Assembly (NCBI GenBank): GCA_964057225.1
Contig: CAXKVF010000074.1
Span: 682,001-746,000 of the forward strand
From: Auanema rhodensis
Taxonomy: Eukaryota > Animalia > Nematoda
Direction of reading: 5' to 3'
Length of the DNA: 64,000 bases
Below the pieces are notes generated by a model. It ran no database searches and was not told the origin of the DNA. It saw nothing but the letters and a program-made list of their open reading frames with translations. Below are positions 15,001-28,500 of this stretch, in pieces. A program made the position numbers and the translations under genes. How positions within the stretch are numbered: the first letter of the stretch is position 1; the number at the start of each line of letters is the position of its first letter.

Positions 15001-18000
15001 TACGTGAACTTTAATTTATGCTAATTAAATGTACACGTGATGTGCACTTGGTATGTAACTCGCTTCACGTGAAAGATGAAGAGATGCGGTTTTCAAAATT
15101 AGATTCCCCATGTCCATATTAGTCTAAAAACAAATTTTTATTGATATTGGTTCATGGTAACCATGACTTTGAAATTTACGTGAACTTTAATTTATGCTAA
15201 TTAAATGTACACGTGATGTGCACTTGGTATGTAACTCGCTTCACGTGAAAGATAAAGAGATGCGGTTTTCAAAATTAGATTCCCCATGTCCATATTAGTC
15301 TAAAAACAAATTTTTATTGATATTGGTGCATGGTAACCATGACTTTGAAATTTACGTGAACTTTAATTTATGCTAATTAAATGTACACGTGATGTGCACT
15401 TGGTATGTAACTCGCTTCACGTGAAAGATAAAGAGATGCGGTTTTCAAAATTAGATTCCCCATGTCCATATTAGTCTAAAAACAAATTTTTATTGATATT
15501 GGTTCATGGTAACCATGACTTTGAAATTTACGTGAACTTTAATTTATGCTAATTAAATGTACACGTGATGTGCACTTGGTATGTAACTCGCTTCACGTGA
15601 AAGATAAAGAGATGCGGTTTTCAAAATTAGATTCCCCATGTCCATATTAGTCTAAAAACAAATTTTTATTGATATTGGTGCATGGTAACCATGACTTTGA
15701 AATTTACGTGAACTTTAATTTATGCTAATTAAATGTACACGTGATGTGCACTTGGTATGTAACTCGCTTCACGTGAAAGATAAAGAGATGCGGTTTTCAA
15801 AATTAGATTCCCCATGTCCATATTAGTCTAAAAACAAATTTTTATTGATATTGGTTCATGGTAACCATGACTTTGAAATTTACGTGAACTTTAATTTATG
15901 CTAATTAAATGTACACGTGATGTGCACTTGGTATGTAACTCGCTTCACGTGAAAGATAAAGAGATGCGGTTTTCAAAATTAGATTCCCCATGTCCATATT
16001 AGTCTAAAAACAAATTTTTATTGATATTGGTTCATGGTAACCATGACTTTGAAATTTACGTGAACTTTAATTTATGCTAATTAAATGTACACGTGATGTG
16101 CACTTGGTATGTAACTCGCTTCACGTGAAAGATAAAGAGATGCGGTTTCCAAAATTAGATTCCCCATGTCCATATTAGTCTAAAAACAAATTTTTATTGA
16201 TATTGGTTCATGGTAACCATGACTTTGAAATTTACGTGAACTTTAATTTATGCTAATTAAATGTACACGTGATGTGCACTTGGTATGTAACTCGCTTCAC
16301 GTGAAAGATAAAGAGATGCGGTTTTCAAAATTAGATTCCCCATGTCCATATTAGTCTAAAAACAAATTTTTATTGATATTGCTTCATGGTAACCATGACT
16401 TTGAAATTTACGTGAACTTTAATTTATGCTAATTAAATGTACACGTGATGTGCACTTGGTATGTAACTCGCTTCACGTGAAAGAAAAAGAGATGCGGTTT
16501 TCAAAATTAGATTCCCCATGTCCATATTAGTCTAAAAACAAATTTTTATTGATATTGGTTCATGGTAACCATGACTTTGAATTTTACGTGAACTTTAATT
16601 TATGCTAATTAAATGTACACGTGATGTGCACTTGGTATGTAACTCGCTTCACGTGAAAGATAAAGAGATGCGGTTTTCAAAATTAGATTCCCCATGTCCA
16701 TATTAGTCTAAAAACAAATTTTTATTGATATTGCTTCATGGTAACCATGACTTTGAAATTTCCGTGAACTTTAATTTATGCTAATTAAATGTACACGTGA
16801 TGTGCACTTGGTATGTAACTCGCTTCACGTGAAAGATAAAGAGATGCGGTTTTCAAAATTAGATTCCCCATGTCCATATTAGTCTAAAAACAAATTTTTA
16901 TTGATATTGGTTCATGGTAACCATGACTTTGAAATTTACGTGAACTTTAATTTATGCTAATTAAATGTACACGTGATGTGCACTTGGTCTGTAACTCGCT
17001 TCACGTGAAAGATAAAGAGATGCGGTTTTCAAAATTAGATTCCCCATGTCCATATTAGTCTAAAAACAAATTTTTATTGATATTAGTTCATGGTAACCAT
17101 GACTTTGAAATTTACGTGAACTTTAATTTATGCTAATTAAATGTACACGTGATGTGCACTTGGTATGTAACTCGCTTCACGTGAAAGATAAAGAGATGCG
17201 GTTTTCAAAATTAGATTCCCCATGTCCATATTAGTCTAAAAACAAATTTTCATTGATATTGGTTCATGGTAACCATGACTTTGAAATTTACGTGAACTTT
17301 AATTTATGCTAATTAAATGTACACGTGATGTGCACTTGGTATGTAACTCGCTTCACGTGAAAGATAAAGAGATGCGGTTTTCAAAATTAGATTCCCCATG
17401 TCCATATTAGTCTAAAAACAAATTTTTATTGATATTGGTTCATGGTAACCATGACTTTGAAATTTACGTGAACTTTAATTTATGCTAATTAAATGTACAC
17501 GTGATGTGCACTTGGTATGTAACTCGCTTCACGTGAAAGATAAAGAGATGCGGTTTTCAAAATTAGATTCCCCATGTTCATATTAGTCTAAAAACAAATT
17601 TTTATTGATATTGGTTCATGGTAACCATGACTTTGAAATTTACGTGAACTTTAATTTATGCTAATTAAATGTACACGTGATGTGCACTTGGTATGTAACT
17701 CGCTTCACGTGAAAGATAAAGAGATGCGGTTTTCAAAATTAGATTCCCCATGTCCATATTAGTCTAAAAACAAATTTTTATTGATATTGGTTCATGGTAA
17801 CCATGACTTTGAAATTTACGTGAACTTTAATTTATGCTAATTAAATGTACACGTGATGTGCACTTGGTATGTAACTCGCTTCACGTGAAAGATAAAGAGA
17901 TGCGGTTTTCAAAATTAGATTCCCCATGTCCATATTAGTCTAAAAACAAATTTTTATTGATATTAGTTCATGGTAACCATGACTTTGAAATTTACGTGAA

Positions 18001-21000
18001 CTTTAATTTATGCTAATTAAATGTACACGTGATGTGCACTTGGTATGTAACTCGCTTCACGTGAAAGATAAAGAGATGCGGTTTTCAAAATTAGATTCCC
18101 CATGTCCATATTAGTCTAAAAACAAATTTTCATTGATATTGGTTCATGGTAACCATGACTTTGAAATTTACGTGAACTTTAATTTATGCTAATTAAATGT
18201 ACACGTGATGTGCACTTGGTATGTAACTCGCTTCACGTGAAAGATAAAGAGATGCGGTTTTCAAAATTAGATTCCCCATGTCCATATTAGTCTAAAAACA
18301 AATTTTTATTGATATTGCTTCATGGTAACCATGATTTTGAAATTTACGTGAACTTTAATTTATGCTAATTAAATGTACACGTGATGTGCACTTGGTATGT
18401 AACTCGCTTCACGTGAAAGATAAAGAGATGCGGTTTTCAAAATTAGATTCCCCATGTCTATATTAGTCTAAAAACAAATTTTTATTGATATTAGTTCATG
18501 GTAACCATGACTTTGAAATTTACGTGAACTTTAATTTATGCTAATTAAATGTACACGTGATGTGCACTTGGTATGTAACTCGCTTCACGTGAAAGATAAA
18601 GAGATGCGGTTTTCAAAATTAGATTCCCCATGTCCATATTAGTCTAAAAACAAATTTTTATTGATATTGGTTCATGGTAACCATGACTTTGAATTTTACG
18701 TGAACTTTAATTTATGCTAATTAAATGTACACGTGATGTGCACTTGGTATGTAACTCGCTTCACGTGAAAGATAAAGAGATGCGGTTTTCAAAATTAGAT
18801 TCCCCATGTCCATATTAGTCTAAAAACAAATTTTTATTGATATTGCTTCATGGTAACCATGACTTTGAAATTTCCGTGAACTTTAATTTATGCTAATTAA
18901 ATGTACACGTGATGTGCACTTGGTATGTAACTCGCTTCACGTGAAAGATAAAGAGATGCGGTTTTCAAAATTAGATTCCCCATGTCCATATTAGTCTAAA
19001 AACAAATTTTTATTGATATTGGTTCATGGTAACCATGACTTTGAAATTTACGTGAACTTTAATTTATGCTAATTAAATGTACACGTGATGTGCACTTGGT
19101 ATGTAACTCGCTTCACGTGAAAGATAAAGAGATGCGGTTTTCAAAATTATATTCCCCATGTCCATATTAGTCTAAAAACAAATTTTTATTGATATTGGTG
19201 CATGGTAACCATGACTTTGAAATTTACGTGAACTTTAATTTATGCTAATTAAATGTACATGTGATGTGCACTTGGTATGTAACTCGCTTCACGTGAAAGA
19301 TGAAGAGATGCGGTTTTCAAAATTAGATTCCCCATGTCCATATTAGTCTAAAAACAAATTTTTATTGATATTGCTTCATGGTAACCATGACTTTGAAATT
19401 TACGTGAACTTTAATTTATGCTAATTAAATGTACACGTGATGTGCACTTGGTATGTAACTCGCTTCACGTGAAAGATAAAGAGATGCGGTTTTCAAAATT
19501 AGATTCCCCATGTCCATATTAGTCTAAAAACAAATTTTTATTGATATTGCTTCATGGTAACCATGACTTTGAAATTTACGTGAACTTTAATTTATGCTAA
19601 TTAAATGTACACGTGATGTGCACTTGGTATGTAACTCGCTTCACGTGAAAGATAAAGAGATGCGGTTTTCAAAATTAGATTCCCCATGTCCATATTAGTC
19701 TAAAAACAAATTTTCATTGATATTGCTTCATGGTAACCATGACTTTGAAATTTCCGTGAACTTTAATTTATGCTAATTAAATGTACACGTGATGTGCACT
19801 TGGTATGTAACTCGCTTCACGGGAAAGATAAAGAGATGCGGTTTTCAAAATTAGATTCCCCATGTCCATATTAGTCTAAAAACAAATTTTTATTGATATT
19901 GGTTCATGGTAACCATGACTTTGAAATTTACGTGAACTTTAATTTATGCTAATTAAATGTACACGTGATGTGCACTTGGTATGTAACTCGCTTCACGTGA
20001 AAGATGAAAAGATGCGGTTTTCAAAATTAGATTCCCCATGTCCATATTAGTCTAAAAACAAATTTTTATTGATATTGGTGCATGGTAACCATGACTTTGA
20101 AATTTACGTGAACTTTAATTTATGCTAATTAAATGTACACGTGATGTGCACTTGGTATGTAACTCGCTTCACGTGAAAGATAAAGAGATGCGGTTTTCAA
20201 AATTAGATTCCCCATGTCCATATTAGTTTAAAAACAATTTTTTATTGATATTGGTGCATGGTAACCATGACTTTGAAATTTACGTGAACTTTAATTTATG
20301 CTAATTAAATGTACACGTGATGTGCACTTGGTATGTAACTCGCTTCACGTGAAAGATAAAGAGATGCGGTTTTCAAAATTAGATTCCCCATATCCATATT
20401 AGTTTAAAAACAAATTTTTATTGATATTGGTGCATGGTAACCATGACTTTGAAATTTACGTGAACTTTAATTTATGCTAATTAAATGTACACGTGATGTG
20501 CACTTGGTATGTAACTCGCTTCACGTGAAAGATAAAGAGATGCGGTTTTCAAAATTAGATTCCCCATGTCCATATTAGTCTAAAAACAAATTTTCATTGA
20601 TATTGCTTCATGGTAACCATGACTTTGAAATTTCCGTGAACTTTAATTTATGCTAATTAAATGTACACGTGATGTGCACTTGGTATGTAACTCGCTTCAC
20701 GTGAAAGATAAAGAGATGCGGTTTTCAAAATTAGATTCCCCATGTCCATATTAGTCTAAAAACAAATTTTTATTGATATTGGTGCATGGTAACCATGACT
20801 TTGAAATTTACGTGAACTTTAATTTATGCTAATTAAATGTACACGTGATGTGCACTTGGTATGTAACTCGCTTCACGTGAAAGATAAAGAGATGCGGTTT
20901 TCAAAATTAGATTCCCCATATCCATATTAGTTTAAAAACAAATTTTTATTGATATTGGTGCATGGTAACCATGACTTTGAAATTTACGTGAACTTTAATT

Positions 21001-22079
21001 TATGCTAATTAAATGTACACGTGATGTGCACTTGGTATGTAACTCGCTTCACGTGAAAGATAAAGAGATGCGGTTTTCAAAATTAGATTCCCCATGTCCA
21101 TATTAGTCTAAAAACAAATTTTCATTGATATTGCTTCATGGTAACCATGACTTTGAAATTTCCGTGAACTTTAATTTATGCTAATTAAATGTACACGTGA
21201 TGTGCACTTGGTATGTAACTCGCTTCACGTGAAAGATAAAGAGATGCGGTTTTCAAAATTAGATTCCCCATGTCCATATTAGTCTAAAAACAAATTTTTA
21301 TTGATATTGGTGCATGGTAACCATGACTTTGAAATTTACGTGAACTTTAATTTATGCTAATTAAATGTACACGTGATGTGCACTTGGTATGTAACTCGCT
21401 TCACGTGAAAGATAAAGAGATGCGGTTTTCAAAATTAGATTCCCCATGTCCATATTAGTTTAAAAACAATTTTTTATTGATATTGGTGCATGGTAACCAT
21501 GACTTTGAAATTTACGTGAACTTTAATTTATGCTAATTAAATGTACACGTGATGTGCACTTGGTATGTAACTCGCTTCACGTGAAAGATAAAGAGATGCG
21601 GTTTTCAAAATTAGATTCCCCATATCCATATTAGTTTAAAAACAAATTTTTATTGATATTGGTGCATGGTAACCATGACTTTGAAATTTACGTGAACTTT
21701 AATTTATGCTAATTAAATGTACACGTGATGTGCACTTGGTATGTAACTCGCTTCACGTGAAAGATGAAGAGATGCGGTTTTCAAAATCAGATTCCCCATG
21801 TCCATATTAGTCTAAAAACAAATTTTTATTGATATTGGTGCATGGTAACCATGACTTTGAAATTTACGTGAACTTTAATTTATTCTAATTAAATGTACAT
21901 GTGATGTGCACTTGGTATGTAACTCGCTTCACGTGAAAGATGAAGAGATGCGGTTTTCAAAATTAGATTCCCCATGTCCATATTAGTCTAAAAACAAATT
22001 TTTATTGATATTGGTTCATGGTAACCATGACTTTGAAATTTACGTGAACTTTAATTTATGCTAATTAAATGTACACGTG
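1..22079. repeat. 176-bp tandem satellite array, segment 1 (~125 monomers)
   Basis: ttggttcatg starts at 11 and 187 (period 176). The 60-nt line pattern recurs every 2640 bp (15x176) from 61 to 21181. Only scattered substitutions. Confidence 0.99.
9156..16547. repeat. Tandem duplication of a 21-monomer (3,696-bp) block; boundaries approximate
   Basis: Rare variants recur at +3696: 9482/13178, 10268/13964, 10557/14253, 12453/16149, 12789/16485. Confidence 0.9.
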
Positions 22080-22087
22080 TTCGGACG

Positions 22088-22093
22088 TTTATT
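22088..22093 (-). promoter_or_regulatory. AATAAA polyadenylation-like signal at 3' end of the short insert
   Basis: tttatt on + strand, 8 nt from the element end; positionally conserved with 37923-37928. Confidence 0.6.
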
Positions 22094-22270
22094 GTTCAGT
22101 ATTACAGGTTTTAACGTTAAGTATAGTACGAGAAGATATGCATTAGTTCCATACAATATGAACATAAAGATAATAACATAAAAAATTACAAATATCAGTG
22201 AAGTATAGTTAGAAAAAGAGTGTTAGGGTTGCAGTTAGCTCATCATACCTATCCGCATATGCATCGTATA

Positions 22271-22445
22271 TGTCAACGTCTCTTTTTTAAGCAGGGGTTT
22301 GTTCAGTTTGAGAAACTGACCTCTCTTTAAAAGCTAACCAGGTGCGGTGGAACTTAGAAATAAGTCAAGCCCGTTCTGGAAGTCAGAGGTAACTAGCACC
22401 CGATCCGTATGGCTAATGCCCATAAGATTCAATGGTGAAGTAACA
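22271..22445 (-). other. Conserved 3'-UTR core, copy 2 (candidate structured RNA element)
   Basis: About 88% identical by manual alignment over ~109 nt (22337-22445) to 37547-37655, with further short shared motifs down to 22271; flanks align poorly. Confidence 0.6.
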
Positions 22446-22561
22446 GTGAAAAAAAAGTATGGGTAAAGAGAATAGTTGATCAAATGACACATAGACGAAG
22501 ATAATAGAAGAGTTGCAATAACCCAAATAGTACAGAGCAAGTAAAAGAAACAATTGAAATA

Positions 22562-25500
22562 ACGTGATGTGCACTTGGTATGTAACTCGCTTCACGTGAA
22601 AGATAAAAAGATGCGGTTTTCAAAATTAGATTCCCCATGTCCATATTAGTCTAAAAACAAATTTTTATTGATATTGCTTCATGGTAACCATGACTTTGAA
22701 ATTTACGTGAACTTTAATTTATGCTAATTAAATGTACACGTGATGTGCACTTGGTATGTAACTCGCTTCACGTGAAAGATAAAGAGATGTGGTTTTCAAA
22801 ATTAGATTCCCCATGTCCATATTAGTCTAAAAACAAATTTTTATTGATATTGGTTCATGGTAACCATGACTTTGAAATTTACGTGAACTTTAATTGATGC
22901 TAATTAAATGTACACGTGATGTGCACTTGGTATGTAACTCGCTTCACGTGAAAGATAAAGAGATGCGGTTTTCAAAATTAGATTCCCCATGTCCATATTA
23001 GTCTAAAAACAAATTTTTATTGATATTGCTTCATGGTAACCATGACTTTGAAATTTACGTGAACTTTAATTTATGCTAATTAAATGTACACGTGATGTGC
23101 ACTTGGTATGTAACTCGCTTCACGTGAAAGATAAAGAGATGCGGTTTTCAAAATTAGATTCCCCATGTCCATATTAGTCTAAAAACAAATTTTTATTGAT
23201 ATTGGTTCATGGTAACCATGACTTTGAAATTTACGTGAACTTTAATTGATGCTAATTAAATGTACACGTGATGTGCACTTGGTATGTAACTCGCTTCACG
23301 TGAAAGATAAAGAGATGCGGTTTTCAAAATTAGATTCCCCATGTCCATATTAGTCTAAAAACAAATTTTTATTGATATTGCTTCATGGTAACCATGACTT
23401 TGAAATTTACGTGAACTTTAATTTATGCTAATTAAATGTACACGTGATGTGCACTTGGTATGTAACTCGCTTCACGTGAAAGATAAAGAGATGCAGTTTT
23501 CAAAATTAGATTCCCCATGTCCATATTAGTCTAAAAACAAATTTTCATTGATATTGGTTCATGGTAACCATGACTTTGAAATTTACGTGAACTTTAATTT
23601 ATGCTAATTAAATGTACACGTGATGTGCACTTGGTATGTAACTCGCTTCACGTGAAAGATAAAGAGATGCGGTTTTCAAAATTAGATTCCCCATGTCCAT
23701 ATTAGTCTAAAAACAAATTTTTATTGATATTGCTTCATGGTAACCATGACTTTGAAATTTACGTGAACTTTAATTTATGCTAATTAAATGTACACGTGAT
23801 GTGCACTTGGTATGTAACTCGCTTCACGTGAAAGATAAAGAGATGCGGTTTTCAAAATTAGATTCCCCATGTCCATATTAGTCTAAAAACAAATTTTTAT
23901 TGATATTGGTTCATGGTAACCATGACTTTGAATTTTACGTGAACTTTAATTTATGCTAATTAAATGTACACGTGATGTGCACTTGGTATGTAACTCGCTT
24001 CACGTAAAAGATAAAGAGATGCGGTTTTCAAAATTAGATTCCCCATGTCCATATTAGTCTAAAAACAAATTTTTATTGATATTGCTTCATGGTAACCATG
24101 ACTTTGAAATTTCCGTGAACTTTAATTTATGCTAATTAAATGTACACGTGATGTGCACTTGGTATGTAACTCGCTTCACGTGAAAGATAAAGAGATGCGG
24201 TTTTCAAAATTAGATTCCCCATGTCCATATTAGTCTAAAAACAAATTTTTATTGATATTGGTTCATGGTAACCATGACTTTGAAATTTACGTGAACTTTA
24301 ATTTATGCTAATTAAATGTACACGTGATGTGCACTTGGTATGTAACTCGCTTCACGTGAAAGATAAAGAGATGCGGTTTTCAAAATTATATTCCCCATGT
24401 CCATATTAGTCTAAAAACAAATTTTTATTGATATTGCTTCATGGTAACCATGACTTTGAAATTTCCGTGAACTTTAATTTATGCTAATTAAATGTACACG
24501 TGATGTGCACTTGGTATGTAACTCGCTTCACGTGAAAGATGAAGAGATGCGGTTTTCAAAATTAGATTCCCCATGTCCATATTAGTCTAAAAACAAATTT
24601 TTATTGATATTGGTGCATGGTAACCATGACTTTGAAATTTACGTGAACTTTAATTTATGCTAATTAAATGTACACGTGATGTGCACTTGGTATGTAACTC
24701 GCTTCACGTGAAAGATAAAGAGATGCGGTTTTCAAAATTAGATTCCCCATGTCCATATTAGTTTAAAAACAATTTTTTATTGATATTGGTGCATGGTAAC
24801 CATGACTTTGAAATTTACGTGAACTTTAATTTATGCTAATTAAATGTACACGTGATGTGCACTTGGTATGTAACTCGCTTCACGTGAAAGATAAAGAGAT
24901 GCGGTTTTCAAAATTAGATTCCCCATATCCATATTAGTTTAAAAACAAATTTTTATTGATATTGGTGCATGGTAACCATGACTTTGAAATTTACGTGAAC
25001 TTTAATTTATGCTAATTAAATGTACACGTGATGTGCACTTGGTATGTAACTCGCTTCACGTGAAAGATGAAGAGATGCGGTTTTCAAAATCAGATTCCCC
25101 ATGTCCATATTAGTCTAAAAACAAATTTTTATTGATATTGGTGCATGGTAACCATGACTTTGAAATTTACGTGAACTTTAATTTATGCTAATTAAATGTA
25201 CATGTGATGTGCACTTGGTATGTAACTCGCTTCACGTGAAAGATGAAGAGATGCGGTTTTCAAAATTAGATTCCCCATGTCCATATTAGTCTAAAAACAA
25301 ATTTTTATTGATATTGGTTCATGGTAACCATGACTTTGAAATTTACGTGAACTTTAATTTATGCTAATTAAATGTACACGTGATGTGCACTTGGTATGTA
25401 ACTCGCTTCACGTGAAAGATAAAGAGATGCGGTTTTCAAAATTAGATTCCCCATGTCCATATTAGTCTAAAAACAAATTTTTATTGATATTAGTTCATGG

Positions 25501-28500
25501 TAACCATGACTTTGAAATTTACGTGAACTTTAATTTATGCTAATTAAATGTACACGTGATGTGCACTTGGTATGTAACTCGCTTCACGTGAAAGATAAAG
25601 AGATGCGGTTTTCAAAATTAGATTCCCCATGTCCATATTAGTCTAAAAACAAATTTTTATTGATATTGGTTCATGGTAACCATGACTTTGAAATTTACGT
25701 GAACTTTAATTGATGCTAATTAAATGTACACGTGATGTGCACTTGGTATGTAACTCGCTTCACGTGAAAGATAAAGAGATGCGGTTTTCAAAATTAGATT
25801 CCCCATGTCCATATTAGTCTAAAAACAAATTTTTATTGATATTGGTTCATGGTAACCATGACTTTGAAATTTACGTGAACTTTAATTAATGCTAATTAAA
25901 TGTACACGTGATGTGCACTTGGTATGTAACTCGCTTCACGTGAAAGATAAAGAGATGCGGTTTTCAAAATTAGATTCCCCATGTCCATATTAGTCTAAAA
26001 ACAAATTTTTATTGATATTGCTTCATGGTAACCATGACTTTGAAATTTACGTGAACTTTAATTTATGCTAATTAAATGTACACGTGATGTGCACTTGGAA
26101 TGTAACTCGCTTCACGTGAAAGATAAAGAGATGCGGTTTTCAAAATTAGATTCCCCATGTCCATATTAGTCTAAAAACAAATTTTTATTGATATTGCTTC
26201 ATGGTAACCATGACTTTGAAATTTACGTGAACTTTAATTTATGCTAATTAAATGTACACGTGATGTGCACTTGGTATGTAACTCGCTTCACGTGAAAGAT
26301 AAAGAGATGCGGTTTTCAAAATTAGATTCCCCATGTCCATATTAGTCTAAAAACAAATTTTCATTGATATTGGTTCATGGTAACCATGACTTTGAAATTT
26401 ACGTGAACTTTAATTTATGCTAATTAAATGTACACGTGATGTGCACTTGGTATGTAACTCGCTTCACGTGAAAGATAAAGAGATGCGGTTTTCAAAATTA
26501 GATTCCCCATGTCCATATTAGTCTAAAAACAAATTTTTATTGATATTGCTTCATGGTAACCATGACTTTGAAATTTACGTGAACTTTAATTTATGCTAAT
26601 TAAATGTACACGTGATGTGCACTTGGTATGTAACTCGCTTCACGTGAAAGATAAAGAGATGCGGTTTTCAAAATTAGATTCCCCATGTCCATATTAGTCT
26701 AAAAACAAATTTTTATTGATATTGGTTCATGGTAACCATGACTTTGAATTTTACGTGAACTTTAATTTATGCTAATTAAATGTACACGTGATGTGCACTT
26801 GGTATGTAACTCGCTTCACGTGAAAGATAAAGAGATGCGGTTTTCAAAATTAGATTCCCCATGTCCATATTAGTCTAAAAACAAATTTTCATTGATATTG
26901 GTTCATGGTAACCATGACTTTGAAATTTACGTGAACTTTAATTTATGCTAATTAAATGTACACGTGATGTGCACTTGGTATGTAACTCGCTTCACGTGAA
27001 AGATAAAGAGATGCGGTTTTCAAAATTAGATTCCCCATGTCCATATTAGTCTAAAAACAAATTTTTATTGATATTGCTTCATGGTAACCATGACTTTGAA
27101 ATTTACTTGAACTTTAATTTATGCTAATTAAATGTACACGTGATGTGCACTTGGTATGTAACTCGCTTCACGTGAAAGATAAAGAGATGCGGTTTTCAAA
27201 ATTAGATTCCCCATGTCCATATTAGTCTAAAAACAAATTTTTATTGATATTGGTTCATGGTAACCATGACTTTGAATTTTACGTGAACTTTAATTTATGC
27301 TAATTAAATGTACACGTGATGTGCACTTGGTATGTAACTCGCTTCACGTGAAAGATAAAGAGATGCGGTTTTCAAAATTAGATTCCCCATGTCCATATTA
27401 GTCTAAAAACAAATTTTTATTGATATTGCTTCATGGTAACCATGACTTTGAAATTTCCGTGAACTTTAATTTATGCTAATTAAATGTACACGTGATGTGC
27501 ACTTGGTATGTAACTCGCTTCACGTGAAAGATAAAGAGATGCGGTTTTCAAAATTAGATTCCCCATGTCCATATTAGTCTAAAAACAAATTTTTATTGAT
27601 ATTGGTTCATGGTAACCATGACTTTGAATTTTACGTGAACTTTAATTTATGCTAATTAAATGTACACGTGATGTGCACTTGGTATGTAACTCGCTTCACG
27701 TGAAAGATAAAGAGATGCGGTTTTCAAAATTAGATTCCCCATGTCCATATTAGTCTAAAAACAAATTTTTATTGATATTGGTTCATGGTAACCATGACTT
27801 TGAAATTTACGTGAACTTTAATTAATGCTAATTAAATGTACACGTGATGTGCACTTGGTATGTAACTCGCTTCACGTGAAAGATAAAGAGATGCGGTTTT
27901 CAAAATTAGATTCCCCATGTCCATATTAGTCTAAAAACAAATTTTTATTGATATTGCTTCATGGTAACCATGACTTTGAAATTTACGTGAACTTTAATTT
28001 ATGCTAATTAAATGTACACGTGATGTGCACTTGGTATGTAACTCGCTTCACGTGAAAGATAAAGAGATGCGGTTTTCAAAATTAGATTCCCCATGTCCAT
28101 ATTAGTCTAAAAACAAATTTTTATTGATATTGGTTCATGGTAACCATGACTTTGAATTTTACGTGAACTTTAATTTATGCTAATTAAATGTACACGTGAT
28201 GTGCACTTGGTATGTAACTCGCTTCACGTGAAAGATAAAGAGATGCGGTTTTCAAAATTAGATTCCCCATGTCCATATTAGTCTAAAAACAAATTTTCAT
28301 TGATATTGGTTCATGGTAACCATGACTTTGAAATTTACGTGAACTTTAATTTATGCTAATTAAATGTACACGTGATGTGCACTTGGTATGTAACTCGCTT
28401 CACGTGAAAGATAAAGAGATGCGGTTTTCAAAATTAGATTCCCCATGTCCATATTAGTCTAAAAACAAATTTTTATTGATATTGCTTCATGGTAACCATG

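Larger units (their letters stand above)
22080..22561 (-). mobile_element. 482-bp 5'-truncated LINE copy or non-autonomous element: 3'-UTR-only relative of the CR1-group element at 32752-37935
   Basis: Interrupts a monomer at gtacACGTG|...|ACGTGatgtg (5-bp TSD 22075-22079 / 22562-22566). Its reverse complement aligns to 37547-37929 of the full element (ggcattagccatacg, tagttacctctga, ccagaacgggct, ctaagttccaccgcacctggt, atgttcatattgta, gaacaataaac). Confidence 0.92.
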
